Source: an uncultured Gemmatimonadales bacterium (GTDB taxonomy: Bacteria > Gemmatimonadota > Gemmatimonadetes > Longimicrobiales > RSA9). Taken from it: a stretch of 64,000 nucleotides of DNA. The notes beneath the pieces were generated by a model, which saw only the letters and a program-made list of their open reading frames with translations, did no database searches and was not told the DNA's origin. The stretch lies in the NCBI GenBank assembly GCA_963783305.1, contig CAWAMW010000002.1, positions 32,001 to 96,000 on the forward strand, given 5' to 3'. A program made the translations under genes and the position numbers. This document shows, one piece after another, positions 22,752 to 32,693 of the stretch; position 1 is the first letter of the stretch, and every line of letters begins with the position of its first letter.

Positions 22752-25700
22752 TCAGTCTGGCGCAATCTCCTGCAGCAGCCGAACAGCGACGGCGTACCCG
22801 GAGAGGGTGGCCTCGCCCTCGGCGTTCAGCTCGTCCACCACTTCCCGGTAGGCGGCGATCTCCCGGGGACGTGCCTCGTGGATCTCGGCGAGGCAGGCGT
22901 CGGTGTCGCCGCGACGGGGCATGCAGGTCAGAAGGGAGCGGGCGAGTCGCCGGTGGGCTCGACCGAGGTCCTCGATGAGCCCCTCCACGAACCGCTTCTC
23001 CCAGCGCTCCTCCTGCGCGGCGGTCCGGAGCGCCCCGCGGAGGGCGGCGCAGCCGAAGCGATCGGAGACGAGGTAGTAGGCCCGGGCGGTCGCCACGGGG
23101 TCATGATCGCCCTCGTGGGCGATGCGGAGGATGTCCAGGAGCTGCGGCAGGAAGCGCAGGGTGATGAGGCGCTGGGCCAGGGTGCGGTCGACGCCCACCT
23201 GCTCGATCTCCTGGATCCGGGCCTCGAACAGGACGCGGTCCTCGCCGGCCACGAGCGCGGGGAATTCGTCGCGGAGGCGGGCCAGCCCTTCCCTCTGCTC
23301 CTCGATGGCCGCCGCGGCCGTGACGTCGGGGCCCACGTTGGCCAGCGCCCAGTGCGTGGTGCGCTCCAGCACACGCGCCAGAGCGTGCATCCAGCGGTAC
23401 ACCGTCCCGGCCTCGAACCGGCTGCGGATCAACGCCAGGTCCTGCCGGATCTCGCTTGCACCCGCCACGGCGTTCGCGATGACCCACGCCCGCGCGACGG
23501 CGGCCACATCCGCACCCGTGTCCCGGACGGCTCGGTGGAGAAACGACGCGCCCATGAGGTTGACCAGGTCATTGACCAGCTCGGTAACGATGATCTCGCG
23601 CCGGAGCCGGTGCTCCTGGAGCCGGTCGTCGCCCGCGGCGGTCACAGCCTCGGGCGGGAAATAGCGGCGCAGGAGCGGGAAAAGCGCCGGGTCGTCCGGC
23701 AGTCCGGAGTCGCGGATGACCGCACGGGCCTCGAGCTTGGCGTAGGCCAGGAGCACGGAGAGGACGGGACGGGTCAGGCCGAGACCGCTCTCCGCCCGCT
23801 CGCGGAGCGTGTCGGAGCTGGGCAACCCCGCTGAGCCCCGTTCCAGCAGCCGCTCGCGCTCGAACGCGCTCAACAGCGCCGCGAAGTCCTGGAGCGCGTC
23901 CCGGCTGCGGCGCTCGTCCAGCGACACGGCCAGCGACTGCTCGCGGCTGTTCCGCAGCACCCGTTCGCTGACCCCTTCGGTCATGGCCTCCAGCAGCGCG
24001 TTCCGCTCATCCAGGCCCATGGACCCCGCGTCCTGGACGGCGTTCAGCAGGATCTTCAGGTTCACCTCGTGATCCGACATGTCCACGCCAGCCGAGTTGT
24101 CCAGCGCGTCCGTATTCAGTCGGCCGCCCGCCAGCGCGAACCGGACCCGCGCCCGCTGCGTCAGCCCCAGGTTGCCACCCTCACCGATCACCTGGCAGCG
24201 GAGCTCGTCGGCATCAATCCGGACCGGGTCGTTCGTGGCGTCCCCCACCTCGCCGTGCGTTTCCTCCGGGTCCTTCACGTACGTGCCGATCCCGCCGTTC
24301 CAGAGCAGCTCCACCGGCGACCGCAGCACCGCCCGGATCAGCGCCTCGCCGTCCAGCTCCACAGGCAGCTCCTCGCCCCCCAGAGCCTCCCGAACCTCGG
24401 CGGTCAACGTCACCGCCTTCGTTCCGCGGGGCACGATCATGCCACCGGCGGAGAGCTTCGAGCGGTCGTAGTCGTCCCAGGTGGAGCGGGGCAGATCGAA
24501 CAGTCGCTGCCGCTCGTGGAAGGAGGTGGCGGGGTCCGGGTCCGGATCGAGGAAGATGTGGCGGTGATCGAACGCCGCGATCAGCCGGATCTGGCGGGAC
24601 AGGAGCATGCCGTTTCCGAACACATCGCCGCTCATGTCGCCGATGCCGGCCACGGTGAACGGCTCGGTCTGGATGTCCTTGCCGAGCTCCCAGAAGTGGC
24701 GCTTCACGCACTCCCACGCGCCCCGGGCGGTGATGCCCTCCTCCTTGTGGTCATAGCCGTGGGACCCGCCGGAGGCGAACGCGTCGCCCAGCCAGAACCC
24801 GTACTCCGCCGCCACCGCGTTGGCCGTGTCGGACAGGTGCGCCGTGCCCTTGTCGGCGGCCACCACCAGGTACGGATCGTCCCCGTCGTGCCGCACCACG
24901 TCGGGCGGCGGGTTCACGCGCCCGTCCACGATGTTGTCCGTAATGTCGAGCATCCCCCGGATGAGCGTGCGGTACTGCTCGGCCTCATCCGCCATCAGGG
25001 CGTCGCGGTCGTCCGACTGGAGCCGCGTCACGAAACCGCCCTTGGAACCGCCGGGCACGATCACCGCGTTCTTCACCACCTGCGTCTGAACCAGCCCCAT
25101 GATCTCGGTGCGGAAGTCGTCCGGTCGGTCCGACCACCGGATCCCGCCCCGGGACACCGCGGCGCCCCGGAGGTGGATTCCCTCCATGCGACTGGAGTGG
25201 ACGAAGATCTCGTAGAGGAGTCGGCTCCGTCGCAGCTCCTCCACTTCGGCGCACTTCACCTTGATGGAGATGTACGGCACGCCCCCGCTCCGGCGAGTGG
25301 GGTCAGCGCCGCCGTGGCGAAAGTAGTTCGTGCGGGTGGTGGCCAGCACCAGGCTCAGCAGCCGGCGGATGGCCCGGTCGTCCGCCAGCGAGTTGACGCC
25401 CTCCAGCGCCCCCGCGATGGCGCCCCGAAGCGCCTCCGTCGGGTCCCCAGCCGCCAGCGGCTCGGGGTGCTCACGAAGCAGCACCGGATCGAAGCGCGCG
25501 GCCATGAGCGAGACCAGCAGGCGGGCCACGTCGGGGTGGCGCAGCAGGGCCCGGGCCGGTGAGGTCCGGCTGGGCACCGCGTCCGCCTGGAACGCATAGC
25601 TGGCGTACGTCCGCAGCAGGTCCACCTCCCGCCAGCGCAGCCCGGCCGCGAGCACCAGCCCGTTGTAGACGTCGTCCGGGGCGTCGCCCGCCCGCACCGC

Positions 25701-27695
25701 CAGCAGCGCCTCCGCCAGCAGCCCCGTCCGCTCCGGCGACAGCGGCGCGCCGTCAGGCCCCTGTACCGCGAATGAGTAGACCATGAAGGTCGACGGACCC
25801 GAGGCGTCCACCAGGAACGGCGCCAGCTCAACCACCCTGAGACCCGCGTTCTCCAGCATGGGCATGAACTCCGAAAGCACCATGCGCTGGTCCCGCAGGT
25901 ACAGCTTCAGAATCGTGACCTTCCGGAAATCCCCCGCACGGCCCTTCCCCCGGGGCGCGCGAAACGCCACCGCTACCTCCTGCTCCTCGAGGCGCATTGC
26001 CTCGATCTGCTCCACGTCCCACACCGCCGCACCGGGCAGGAACGCCGCACGGTAATCCTCGCCGAACCCCGACGCGTAGCAATCCCACAGCCGGTGCCCC
26101 TCATCCTGCCCGTGCGCCGCCACCAGCGCGTCCAGAAGCCGGTCCTCCCAGGACCGGATGACATGACTGATCTCCTCCTCCATGGCCTCCACGTCCGCCG
26201 CCCGCACCGCCTCCCGCGGGGCCGAGACGTAGAAGTGCAGGCGCGCCTGGTCCGCCGAGCCGTGGGCATGGTGGAAGCTCAGCACCGTGCCCTCCAGACG
26301 ACGAACGATCACCTCCTCGATCCGCTTCCGCACCGGCCGGCTGAAACGCGCCTCCGGCAGGATCACGATCACGCTCGCGCCACGTCCCAGCGGGTCCGGC
26401 CGGAGCAGCACCAGCACTCCCGCCACGAACAGATGGGCCAGAATCGCCCGGATCTCCGCGCCCAGGCCCTCCGCCGAGGCCTGGAAGAGGTCCTGCCGCG
26501 GCATGGAGTTGAAGATCGTGATGATCTCCTTGTAGTCGTGCGATCCCTCCACTGCGCCCGAACGGTCCAGGATCTTGTGCAGCTTCCGCCGCAGGATCGG
26601 GATGTCCTCCGCCGTCTCCGCGTAGGCCTTCGACGTGAACAGCCCCAGGAACCGGCGCTCCCCCACCACCCCGCCATCCGAACCCTGCTCCTTCACCCCC
26701 ACGTAGTCCATCCGCGACCGCCGATGCACCGGCGACTCCGCGTTGGTCTTGTTGATGATCAGCAGAGGCCCCTCCGTCAGCCGGTCCACCAGCTCCGGTC
26801 GCATCTCGTCCAGCGGCACCCGCGAGACGTACGCCGACCGCTCCTCACGCCGCAGGATGCCCAGCCCCGACCCCGGCCGCACCATCAGCCCCCGTTCCTC
26901 ACCCGACCCCCCCACCTCGTACTCACGGTAGCCCAGGAAGATGAAGTTTCCCTGCTCCAGCCAGCGCAGGAACTCCAGCATCTCCACGCGCTCCCCGTTC
27001 CGATCCACCGCCCCGCTCGGCGTGGCTTCCACTCGCGCCCGCGTCTCCGCCAGCGCCTCCAGCATGGGGCCGAAATCCTCCGTCACCGCCACCACCTGCT
27101 CCAGGCGACCCCGCAGCTCCTCCGCCACCCACGCCCGCCGGTCCTCACCGGCCACCCGCCGAACCTCACAGTGCACCAGCGAATAGCGCTTCCCCGGCCC
27201 CCGCTCCGCCCCCTCCGAGACGGCCACCAATCCCCCCGACTCGTCCCGCTCCAGCCGCACCACCGGGTACAGGTACTCCCGGATCGCCAGCTTCTCCGAC
27301 CCGAGAAATTCACGGATCGTGTCCACGATGAACGGACGGTCGCTCACCAGCGTACGGATCACCGTCACCGGCGCCGACCACCCCTCCTCCACCGCGTTCA
27401 CCACCTGCACCCGCACCCCGCCCCCGCCCCCGCCCTCACCCCTCTCCACCGCGTCCGCCGTAGCGAACCGGTATGCTCCCAGCACCATGGCCCCCAGGTC
27501 CGGCACGCTCCGCTCCCGCACCAGCTGGCGCGGCACACGCGTGAAGAAGACCCGGGCGAACTGGCACAGGAGCGCGGTGTCTCCGTCGTGCGTGGATTCG
27601 AAGTGCCGGCAGACCGCCTCCACCGCCTCGGGCGTGGGGCCGGGCGCGGAGGTGGCGGAATGGGCGGAGGCTGCGGTGTCGCGTGGCGTCGTCAT
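22752..27695 (-). CDS. Large NAD-specific glutamate dehydrogenase (Bac_GDH type)
   Basis: 1647 aa; GIHLRG..VSRGGIRWSDRPDDFRTE, VVKNAVIVPGGSKGGF, DPYLVVAADKGTA, FASGGSHGYDHK, GIGDMSGDVFGNGML, GEGGNLG. Confidence 0.96.
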   Translation of the reverse strand: MTTPRDTAASAHSATSAPGPTPEAVEAVCRHFESTHDGDTALLCQFARVFFTRVPRQLVRERSVPDLGAMVLGAYRFATADAVERGEGGGGGGVRVQVVNAVEEGWSAPVTVIRTLVSDRPFIVDTIREFLGSEKLAIREYLYPVVRLERDESGGLVAVSEGAERGPGKRYSLVHCEVRRVAGEDRRAWVAEELRGRLEQVVAVTEDFGPMLEALAETRARVEATPSGAVDRNGERVEMLEFLRWLEQGNFIFLGYREYEVGGSGEERGLMVRPGSGLGILRREERSAYVSRVPLDEMRPELVDRLTEGPLLIINKTNAESPVHRRSRMDYVGVKEQGSDGGVVGERRFLGLFTSKAYAETAEDIPILRRKLHKILDRSGAVEGSHDYKEIITIFNSMPRQDLFQASAEGLGAEIRAILAHLFVAGVLVLLRPDPLGRGASVIVILPEARFSRPVRKRIEEVIVRRLEGTVLSFHHAHGSADQARLHFYVSAPREAVRAADVEAMEEEISHVIRSWEDRLLDALVAAHGQDEGHRLWDCYASGFGEDYRAAFLPGAAVWDVEQIEAMRLEEQEVAVAFRAPRGKGRAGDFRKVTILKLYLRDQRMVLSEFMPMLENAGLRVVELAPFLVDASGPSTFMVYSFAVQGPDGAPLSPERTGLLAEALLAVRAGDAPDDVYNGLVLAAGLRWREVDLLRTYASYAFQADAVPSRTSPARALLRHPDVARLLVSLMAARFDPVLLREHPEPLAAGDPTEALRGAIAGALEGVNSLADDRAIRRLLSLVLATTRTNYFRHGGADPTRRSGGVPYISIKVKCAEVEELRRSRLLYEIFVHSSRMEGIHLRGAAVSRGGIRWSDRPDDFRTEIMGLVQTQVVKNAVIVPGGSKGGFVTRLQSDDRDALMADEAEQYRTLIRGMLDITDNIVDGRVNPPPDVVRHDGDDPYLVVAADKGTAHLSDTANAVAAEYGFWLGDAFASGGSHGYDHKEEGITARGAWECVKRHFWELGKDIQTEPFTVAGIGDMSGDVFGNGMLLSRQIRLIAAFDHRHIFLDPDPDPATSFHERQRLFDLPRSTWDDYDRSKLSAGGMIVPRGTKAVTLTAEVREALGGEELPVELDGEALIRAVLRSPVELLWNGGIGTYVKDPEETHGEVGDATNDPVRIDADELRCQVIGEGGNLGLTQRARVRFALAGGRLNTDALDNSAGVDMSDHEVNLKILLNAVQDAGSMGLDERNALLEAMTEGVSERVLRNSREQSLAVSLDERRSRDALQDFAALLSAFERERLLERGSAGLPSSDTLRERAESGLGLTRPVLSVLLAYAKLEARAVIRDSGLPDDPALFPLLRRYFPPEAVTAAGDDRLQEHRLRREIIVTELVNDLVNLMGASFLHRAVRDTGADVAAVARAWVIANAVAGASEIRQDLALIRSRFEAGTVYRWMHALARVLERTTHWALANVGPDVTAAAAIEEQREGLARLRDEFPALVAGEDRVLFEARIQEIEQVGVDRTLAQRLITLRFLPQLLDILRIAHEGDHDPVATARAYYLVSDRFGCAALRGALRTAAQEERWEKRFVEGLIEDLGRAHRRLARSLLTCMPRRGDTDACLAEIHEARPREIAAYREVVDELNAEGEATLSGYAVAVRLLQEIAPD

Positions 27696-27745
27696 GCCGG
27701 TAGGCTACCCATTGCGCGAGGCCGGGGAAAGAGGCGCCGAAAGCA

Positions 27746-27777
27746 AATTCGAAATCTGAACTGAATTTGAATTTGAA
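27746..27777 (+). repeat. AT-rich hexamer motif (left copy of an inverted pair)
   Basis: AATTCGAAATCTGAACTGAATTTGAATTTGAA; matches the reverse complement of 35962-35988. Confidence 0.75.
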
Positions 27778-27871
27778 TGCGGCCCCAGTGGGTCCTCTTC
27801 GGCTTCAGATCCAGGTTCGACGTGCGAATCGATCTCATCGGTTCTGATCGCATCAAGACCCGGACCACCGG

Positions 27872-28692
27872 CACACCCGCACCCGCACCTGGTCCACCGC
27901 CAAAAGCATCGCCGCCACCCTCATCGGGACCCTGGTCGACGACGGTCGCATGGCGCTCGACGCCCCGCTCGAGCTGGACTGGCTGCCGCAGGCCCGGTCG
28001 CCGAGACGGACCCGCGCGACGCCATCACGCTCCGGCACGTGCTCCACATGTCCAGCGGGCTCGAGCCCATCGACAACCAGCGACTCGAGTACGCCACCGG
28101 CTCCGGCCTCGGCTACTGGGCCGGCGCCAGCTCCGTCCGCCTCGCCCTCGACCGCGGACTGATCCGCGAGCCCGGCACCAGCTGGGACTACGAGAACTCC
28201 GAGACCCTGCTCGCCGTCCGGAAGATGAAGGAGGTGCTCGGAAGCACGGAGGCGTACCACACCTTTCCCCGGAAGGCCCTCCTCGACCGCATTGGCATGC
28301 GCAACACACTCCTCAGCACCGACCGCTTCGGCGACTTCGTCCTCAGCAGCCAGGTCTACACCAACGCCCGCGACCTCGCCCGCTTCGGACTCCTGTACCA
28401 GCAGGGCGGCACCTGGAACGGAGAGCGCATCATCAGCCAGGAATGGGTCGACTTCGTCACCACTCCGGCGCCCGCCACCGTCGGGCTCGGCAGCTTCTAC
28501 GGCGGCCAGTTCTGGCTCGTCCCCACCGACCGCGACGACGTCCCCGCCGACGCCTACACCACCGCCGGCAACCGCGGCCAGTTCGTCATCATCGCACCCT
28601 CCCACGACCTGGTCATCGTGCGGCGCGGGCTCGACTGGGGGCGGCAGGGGTTCGACGAGTGGGACCTGCTGCGGGAGGTGGCGGTGCGGTGA
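27872..28692 (+). pseudogene. Serine hydrolase (beta-lactamase class C-like), 5'-truncated and frameshifted
   Basis: First frame RTWSTAKSIAATLIG (SxxK) has an in-frame stop just upstream (27845). Shift near 28001 into ETDPRDAITLRHVLHMSSGL...WDYEN...ARDLARFGLLY...GNRGQF. Confidence 0.8.
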
Positions 28693-28758
28693 CCGGTCGC
28701 GGCCCGCTCCGGCGGCCCAAAACATGCGTTTATTTCCGTCACCAGGACACTCTCGAAC

Positions 28759-28965
28759 ATGGACGACCGGAAAGAACGCGAGATGCGCGAAAAGGGCCTC
28801 GAACACGAGACCGAGGGCCGCGGCCGTGAGGTGAAGGGGAAGATCAAGAAGGAGGCGGGCCGGATCACCAAGGACCGCTCCACCCAGGCCGAGGGCGCCG
28901 TGGAAGAGGGCGTCGGCAAGGTCCAGAAGAAGATGGGCGAGGGGATGCGGAAGGCCGCCGACTAG
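28759..28965 (+). CDS. CsbD-like general stress protein
   Basis: EGRGREVKGKIKKEAGRITKD..TQAEGAVEEGVGKVQKKMGE; AGGA SD upstream. Confidence 0.85.
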   Translation: MDDRKEREMREKGLEHETEGRGREVKGKIKKEAGRITKDRSTQAEGAVEEGVGKVQKKMGEGMRKAAD

Positions 28966-28987
28966 CGGTGTCGCGATCCCAAGTACG

Positions 28988-29019
28988 GGAGCCCCGGGGC
29001 GGAAACGGCCCGGGGCTCC
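28988..29019 (+). terminator. Hairpin after csbD-like gene
   Basis: GGAGCCCCGGG...CCCGGGGCTCC, 11-bp stem. Confidence 0.55.
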
Positions 29020-29138
29020 TTGCATTCGTGGGACCTCGCATACAACCTTCTCTGTCCCCCCAACTGTCTAAGGGGTAGACACTGAGGCCGATGCCGCCGC
29101 CGCTGCCGCGCTTCGCCACTGCCCCTGAGGAGGACGTT

Positions 29139-29465
29139 TTGGAGCTCATGAAAGGCACACTCGACGCCATGGTCCTGAAGGCGCTGACCTGGGAGCCGAT
29201 GCACGGGTACGGGGTGACGCGCTGGATCCGGGGCCAGACCGACGGCGCCCTCGACGTGGACGACGCCGCGCTCTACCAGGCGCTGCATCGCCTCGAGCGG
29301 CGCGGCTGGGTGGAGGCCGAGTGGGGGCTGAGCGAGAACAACCGGAAGGCGAAGTACTACTCCCTCACCGACGACGGCCGGGAGCAGCTCGCGGCGGAGG
29401 TGACGTCGATCCGGAAGTACGTGGCCGCGCTGTTCGCGGTCCTCGAGGCGGAGGCGGGGCAATGA
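29139..29465 (+). CDS. PadR family regulator (ADOP-associated type)
   Basis: KGTLDAMVLKAL..PMHGYGV..ALYQALHRLE..GWVEAEWGLSENNRKAKYYSLT. TTG 29139 or ATG 29148 after GAGGAGG. Confidence 0.93.
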   Translation: MELMKGTLDAMVLKALTWEPMHGYGVTRWIRGQTDGALDVDDAALYQALHRLERRGWVEAEWGLSENNRKAKYYSLTDDGREQLAAEVTSIRKYVAALFAVLEAEAGQ

Positions 29466-32161
29466 CCCGCCAGAGCGACCGCCCCGACCACCGCAGGCTT
29501 CCGGACCGGATCCGGCGCGCCCTCCACCTCCGCCGGGAATCGGGCGCTCCCCCGGGCGACGACGTCGACGTCGAGATCCGGTTCCACCTCGAGACGCGCA
29601 TCGAGGAGCTCACCGCCGAGGGCCACGACCCCGCCCAAGCCCGCCGCGTGGCCACCGAGGAATTCGGCGACATCGACACCGCCCGCCGCGCCCTCTCCCG
29701 CGTCGACGAGAAGCGGGAGCGGAGCACCCGGCGGGTGGAGTGGCTGGGCGGCCTCCGCCGCGACGTCGCATACGGCTGGCGGAAGCTGCGGTCGAGCCCC
29801 GGCTTCGCCGCGGCGGCGGTGCTCACGCTGGCGCTGGGGATCGGCGCGACCACGGCGATCTTCAGCGCTGTGCACGCCGTGCTCCTTCGACCCCTGCCCT
29901 TCCCGGAGCCGGACCGGCTGGTGAAGGTGTGGGAGACGTCGCCGGAGGGGCTGACGACGAACGTGGTGTCCAGCGGCAACTACCTCGACTGGCGCGAGGA
30001 GACCGGCTCGTTCGCGGAGCTTGGCGCGCACTCCTGGCTCTTCGGGATGACGCTGACCCGGGACGACGGCGAGCCGGTCCGGCTGGGCGTGACCCGCTTC
30101 ACGCCGTCGGCGCTGGCGGCGCTGGCCCCGGCACCCGTGCTGGGCCGCCTCCCCAGCGCGGCGGAAGGTGAGCCGGGAGCGGAGCCCGTGGCGGTGATCG
30201 GGCATCGGCTGTGGCGGGACCATCTGGGCGGCGACCCGGGCGTCGTCGGGCGGCCGATCCGTCTGGACGGGCAGCCGTACACGGTGGTGGGCGTGATGCC
30301 GCCGTCGTTCGACTACCCGGACCCGAAGGTGGACGTGTGGCGGGCGATGGCCTTCGACGCCGAAGACGCGGAGAAGCGGGAGTCGCACCAGTGGAACGTG
30401 GTGGGCCGCCTCGCCGCCGGCGTGCCGTTGGCGCAGGCGCAGGCGGAGCTGGACGCGCTGGCCGAGCGCCTGGAGCGGGCGTACCCCGAGGCCATGACCG
30501 GCTGGGGCGTGAACGTGGTCCCGCTCCGGGACAGTCTCGTGGGCGAGGTCCGTACGCTGCTGTGGGTGCTGATGGGGGTGGTCGGTGTGGTGCTGCTGCT
30601 GACGTGCGTGAACCTGGCCAACCTGCTGCTGGCCCGGGCGACGGCGCGGGAGCGGGAGATCGCGGTCCGCGGCGCGCTCGGCGCCGGCCGTCGTCGTCTG
30701 GTCCGACAGCTGCTGGTGGAGAGCCTGCTCCTGGGCGTGCTCGGCGGCGGACTGGCGCTGGCGGTGATCGCCTTCGGACTCGACGCGCTCGTGGCCCTCG
30801 CCCCGCCGGACATCCCGCTCCTCGACGGTGTCCGGATCGACCCCGTCGTCCTCGGGTTCGCCGGGGCGACGACGCTGCTGGCCACGCTCCTCTTCGGCCT
30901 CATCCCGGCGCTCCGGGCCACGTCGTCCTCCCCGAGCGACACGCTCCGGGGCAGCCGCGGCTCCGCGGGCGGGGCGCGGCGGCTGCGTGCCGGACTGCTG
31001 GCGGGCGAGGTGGCGCTGGCGGTGGTGCTTGTGGTGGGCGCCGGGCTTCTGCTCCGGTCCATGGCGCGCCTCAACGCCGTCGATCCCGGCCTCGACCCGG
31101 AGAACGTGCTCATGGTCCCCATCGACGTGTCGAACCCCCGCTACCGGCAGAGCGCCGGCCAGGTCGACCAGTTCTTCCGGACGCTCCTCGACCAGGTACG
31201 CGCCATGCCCGGCGTGGTCGACGCCGCCGGGACCACCGAGCCGCCCCTACTCGGCTACGCCATGACGTTCAGCTACCAGATCGAGGGCCGGCCCGCCCGC
31301 ACTCCCAGCGGACGGGAGGACGACGAGCGGCTCATGGCCATCACCCCCGACTTCTTCCGCACGCTCGACATCCCCATCCTCGCCGGCCGACCCATCGACG
31401 ACACCGACCGGACCGGCACCGACCCCGTCGCCGTCATCAGCCGCACCCTCGCCGACAAGCAGTGGCCCGAAGGCGACGCCCTCGGCTCCCGCATCCGCTT
31501 CCGCGAGGGGATGCCCTGGATCGAGATCGTCGGCATCGTGGACGACGCGCGCATCGATGGCCTCGACCAGGACGCCGCCCCGTTCCTCTACATCGCCTTC
31601 GCCCAGAAGCCGTGGAACTGGATGTCCTGGCTCGCCCTCACCATCCGCACCGAAGGCGACCCAACGGCCCTCACCCCCGTCCTGCGACGCGCCCTCCTCG
31701 AGCTCGACCCCACCATCATCCCCGAGACCGTCACCACCCTCGAGGAGCAGTTTGCCGAGTCCACCGCCCGACGACGCTTCGCGACCCAGCTCCTCGGCGC
31801 GTTCGCGGCGCTCGCACTGGTCCTCGGTGCGCTCGGGATCTACGGGCTGCTGGCGTACTCGGTGGCGCAGCGGCGCCAGGAAATCGGGATCCGCATGGCG
31901 CTCGGCGCCGAGCCCTCGCGGGTCGCGCGCGGCGTGGTCGGCGACGCCCTCCGGATCGCCGCGATCGGCGCCGTCATCGGGGCCGGCGCGGCCCTGGGCC
32001 TCACGCGTGTGCTCACATCCCTGCTCTACCAGGTGGAGCCGACGGACCCGGCCGTGTTCGGGGCGTCGGTGGCGATGCTGATGGCGCTGGCGGCAGGTGC
32101 GGCGTGGCTGCCGGCGCGGAGCGCGACGAAGGTGGAGGCTGCGGAGGTGCTGAGCGAGTGA
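29462..32161 (+). CDS. ADOP-type duplicated ABC permease (MacB/FtsX domains)
   Basis: Prefix domain EIRFHLETRIEEL...ATEEFGD; LTLALGIGATTAIFS; VNLANLLLARA..REREIAVRGALGA; RQEIGIRMALGA. Confidence 0.93.
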   Translation: MTRQSDRPDHRRLPDRIRRALHLRRESGAPPGDDVDVEIRFHLETRIEELTAEGHDPAQARRVATEEFGDIDTARRALSRVDEKRERSTRRVEWLGGLRRDVAYGWRKLRSSPGFAAAAVLTLALGIGATTAIFSAVHAVLLRPLPFPEPDRLVKVWETSPEGLTTNVVSSGNYLDWREETGSFAELGAHSWLFGMTLTRDDGEPVRLGVTRFTPSALAALAPAPVLGRLPSAAEGEPGAEPVAVIGHRLWRDHLGGDPGVVGRPIRLDGQPYTVVGVMPPSFDYPDPKVDVWRAMAFDAEDAEKRESHQWNVVGRLAAGVPLAQAQAELDALAERLERAYPEAMTGWGVNVVPLRDSLVGEVRTLLWVLMGVVGVVLLLTCVNLANLLLARATAREREIAVRGALGAGRRRLVRQLLVESLLLGVLGGGLALAVIAFGLDALVALAPPDIPLLDGVRIDPVVLGFAGATTLLATLLFGLIPALRATSSSPSDTLRGSRGSAGGARRLRAGLLAGEVALAVVLVVGAGLLLRSMARLNAVDPGLDPENVLMVPIDVSNPRYRQSAGQVDQFFRTLLDQVRAMPGVVDAAGTTEPPLLGYAMTFSYQIEGRPARTPSGREDDERLMAITPDFFRTLDIPILAGRPIDDTDRTGTDPVAVISRTLADKQWPEGDALGSRIRFREGMPWIEIVGIVDDARIDGLDQDAAPFLYIAFAQKPWNWMSWLALTIRTEGDPTALTPVLRRALLELDPTIIPETVTTLEEQFAESTARRRFATQLLGAFAALALVLGALGIYGLLAYSVAQRRQEIGIRMALGAEPSRVARGVVGDALRIAAIGAVIGAGAALGLTRVLTSLLYQVEPTDPAVFGASVAMLMALAAGAAWLPARSATKVEAAEVLSE

Positions 32162-32192
32162 CGAGTGACGAGGGTCGAGGGTCGAGTGATTA
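32158..32192. repeat. Heptamer array at permease stop
   Basis: GTGACGA GTGACGA GGGTCGA GGGTCGA GTGATTA; the first unit contains the permease TGA. Confidence 0.6.
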
Positions 32193-32360
32193 GGAGGTCG
32201 AGGCGATGAAGTCGGCTCCACCCGCGCCAGCTCCTCCTCGGCCCACTCCCCTCCTCCCCCCCACACCTTGCCATCCGACAACAACCCAACCATCCTGACC
32301 CTCGTGCTGTCGAACGTCTAGGCAACACCACGTAACCCCACCACCCGGAGCGCCGCCCCC

Positions 32361-32693
32361 ATGTCTCCCAAACAGACCGACCTCCTCCAGGGCACCCTGG
32401 ACCTCCTCATCCTCAAGACCCTCCAGAGCCAGGCGCTCCACGGCTGGGGCATCAGCAAGCGCATCCGCTCCACGTCCAACGAGGTCCTGGAGATCAACCA
32501 GGGGTCGCTCTACCCGGCGCTCTACCGCCTGGAGGACCGTGGGTGGATCGAGGCCGAGTGGGGGGTGAGCCCGGAGGGTCGGCGGGCCAAGTTCTACGAG
32601 CTGACGAAGGCGGGTCGTGCGCAGTTGGTGGAGGAGCGGGAGCGGTGGCAGCTCTTCTCGACGGCGATGCAGGCCGTCCTGGCGACGCCATGA
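32361..32693 (+). CDS. PadR family regulator (second)
   Basis: LLQGTLDLLILKTL..LHGWGI..GSLYPALYRLE..WGVSPEGRRAKFYELT. Confidence 0.94.
   Translation: MSPKQTDLLQGTLDLLILKTLQSQALHGWGISKRIRSTSNEVLEINQGSLYPALYRLEDRGWIEAEWGVSPEGRRAKFYELTKAGRAQLVEERERWQLFSTAMQAVLATP

Noticed and set aside
27872..28692. Programmed frameshift in the serine hydrolase
   Set aside because: No slippery sequence, and the gene also lacks its 5' end.
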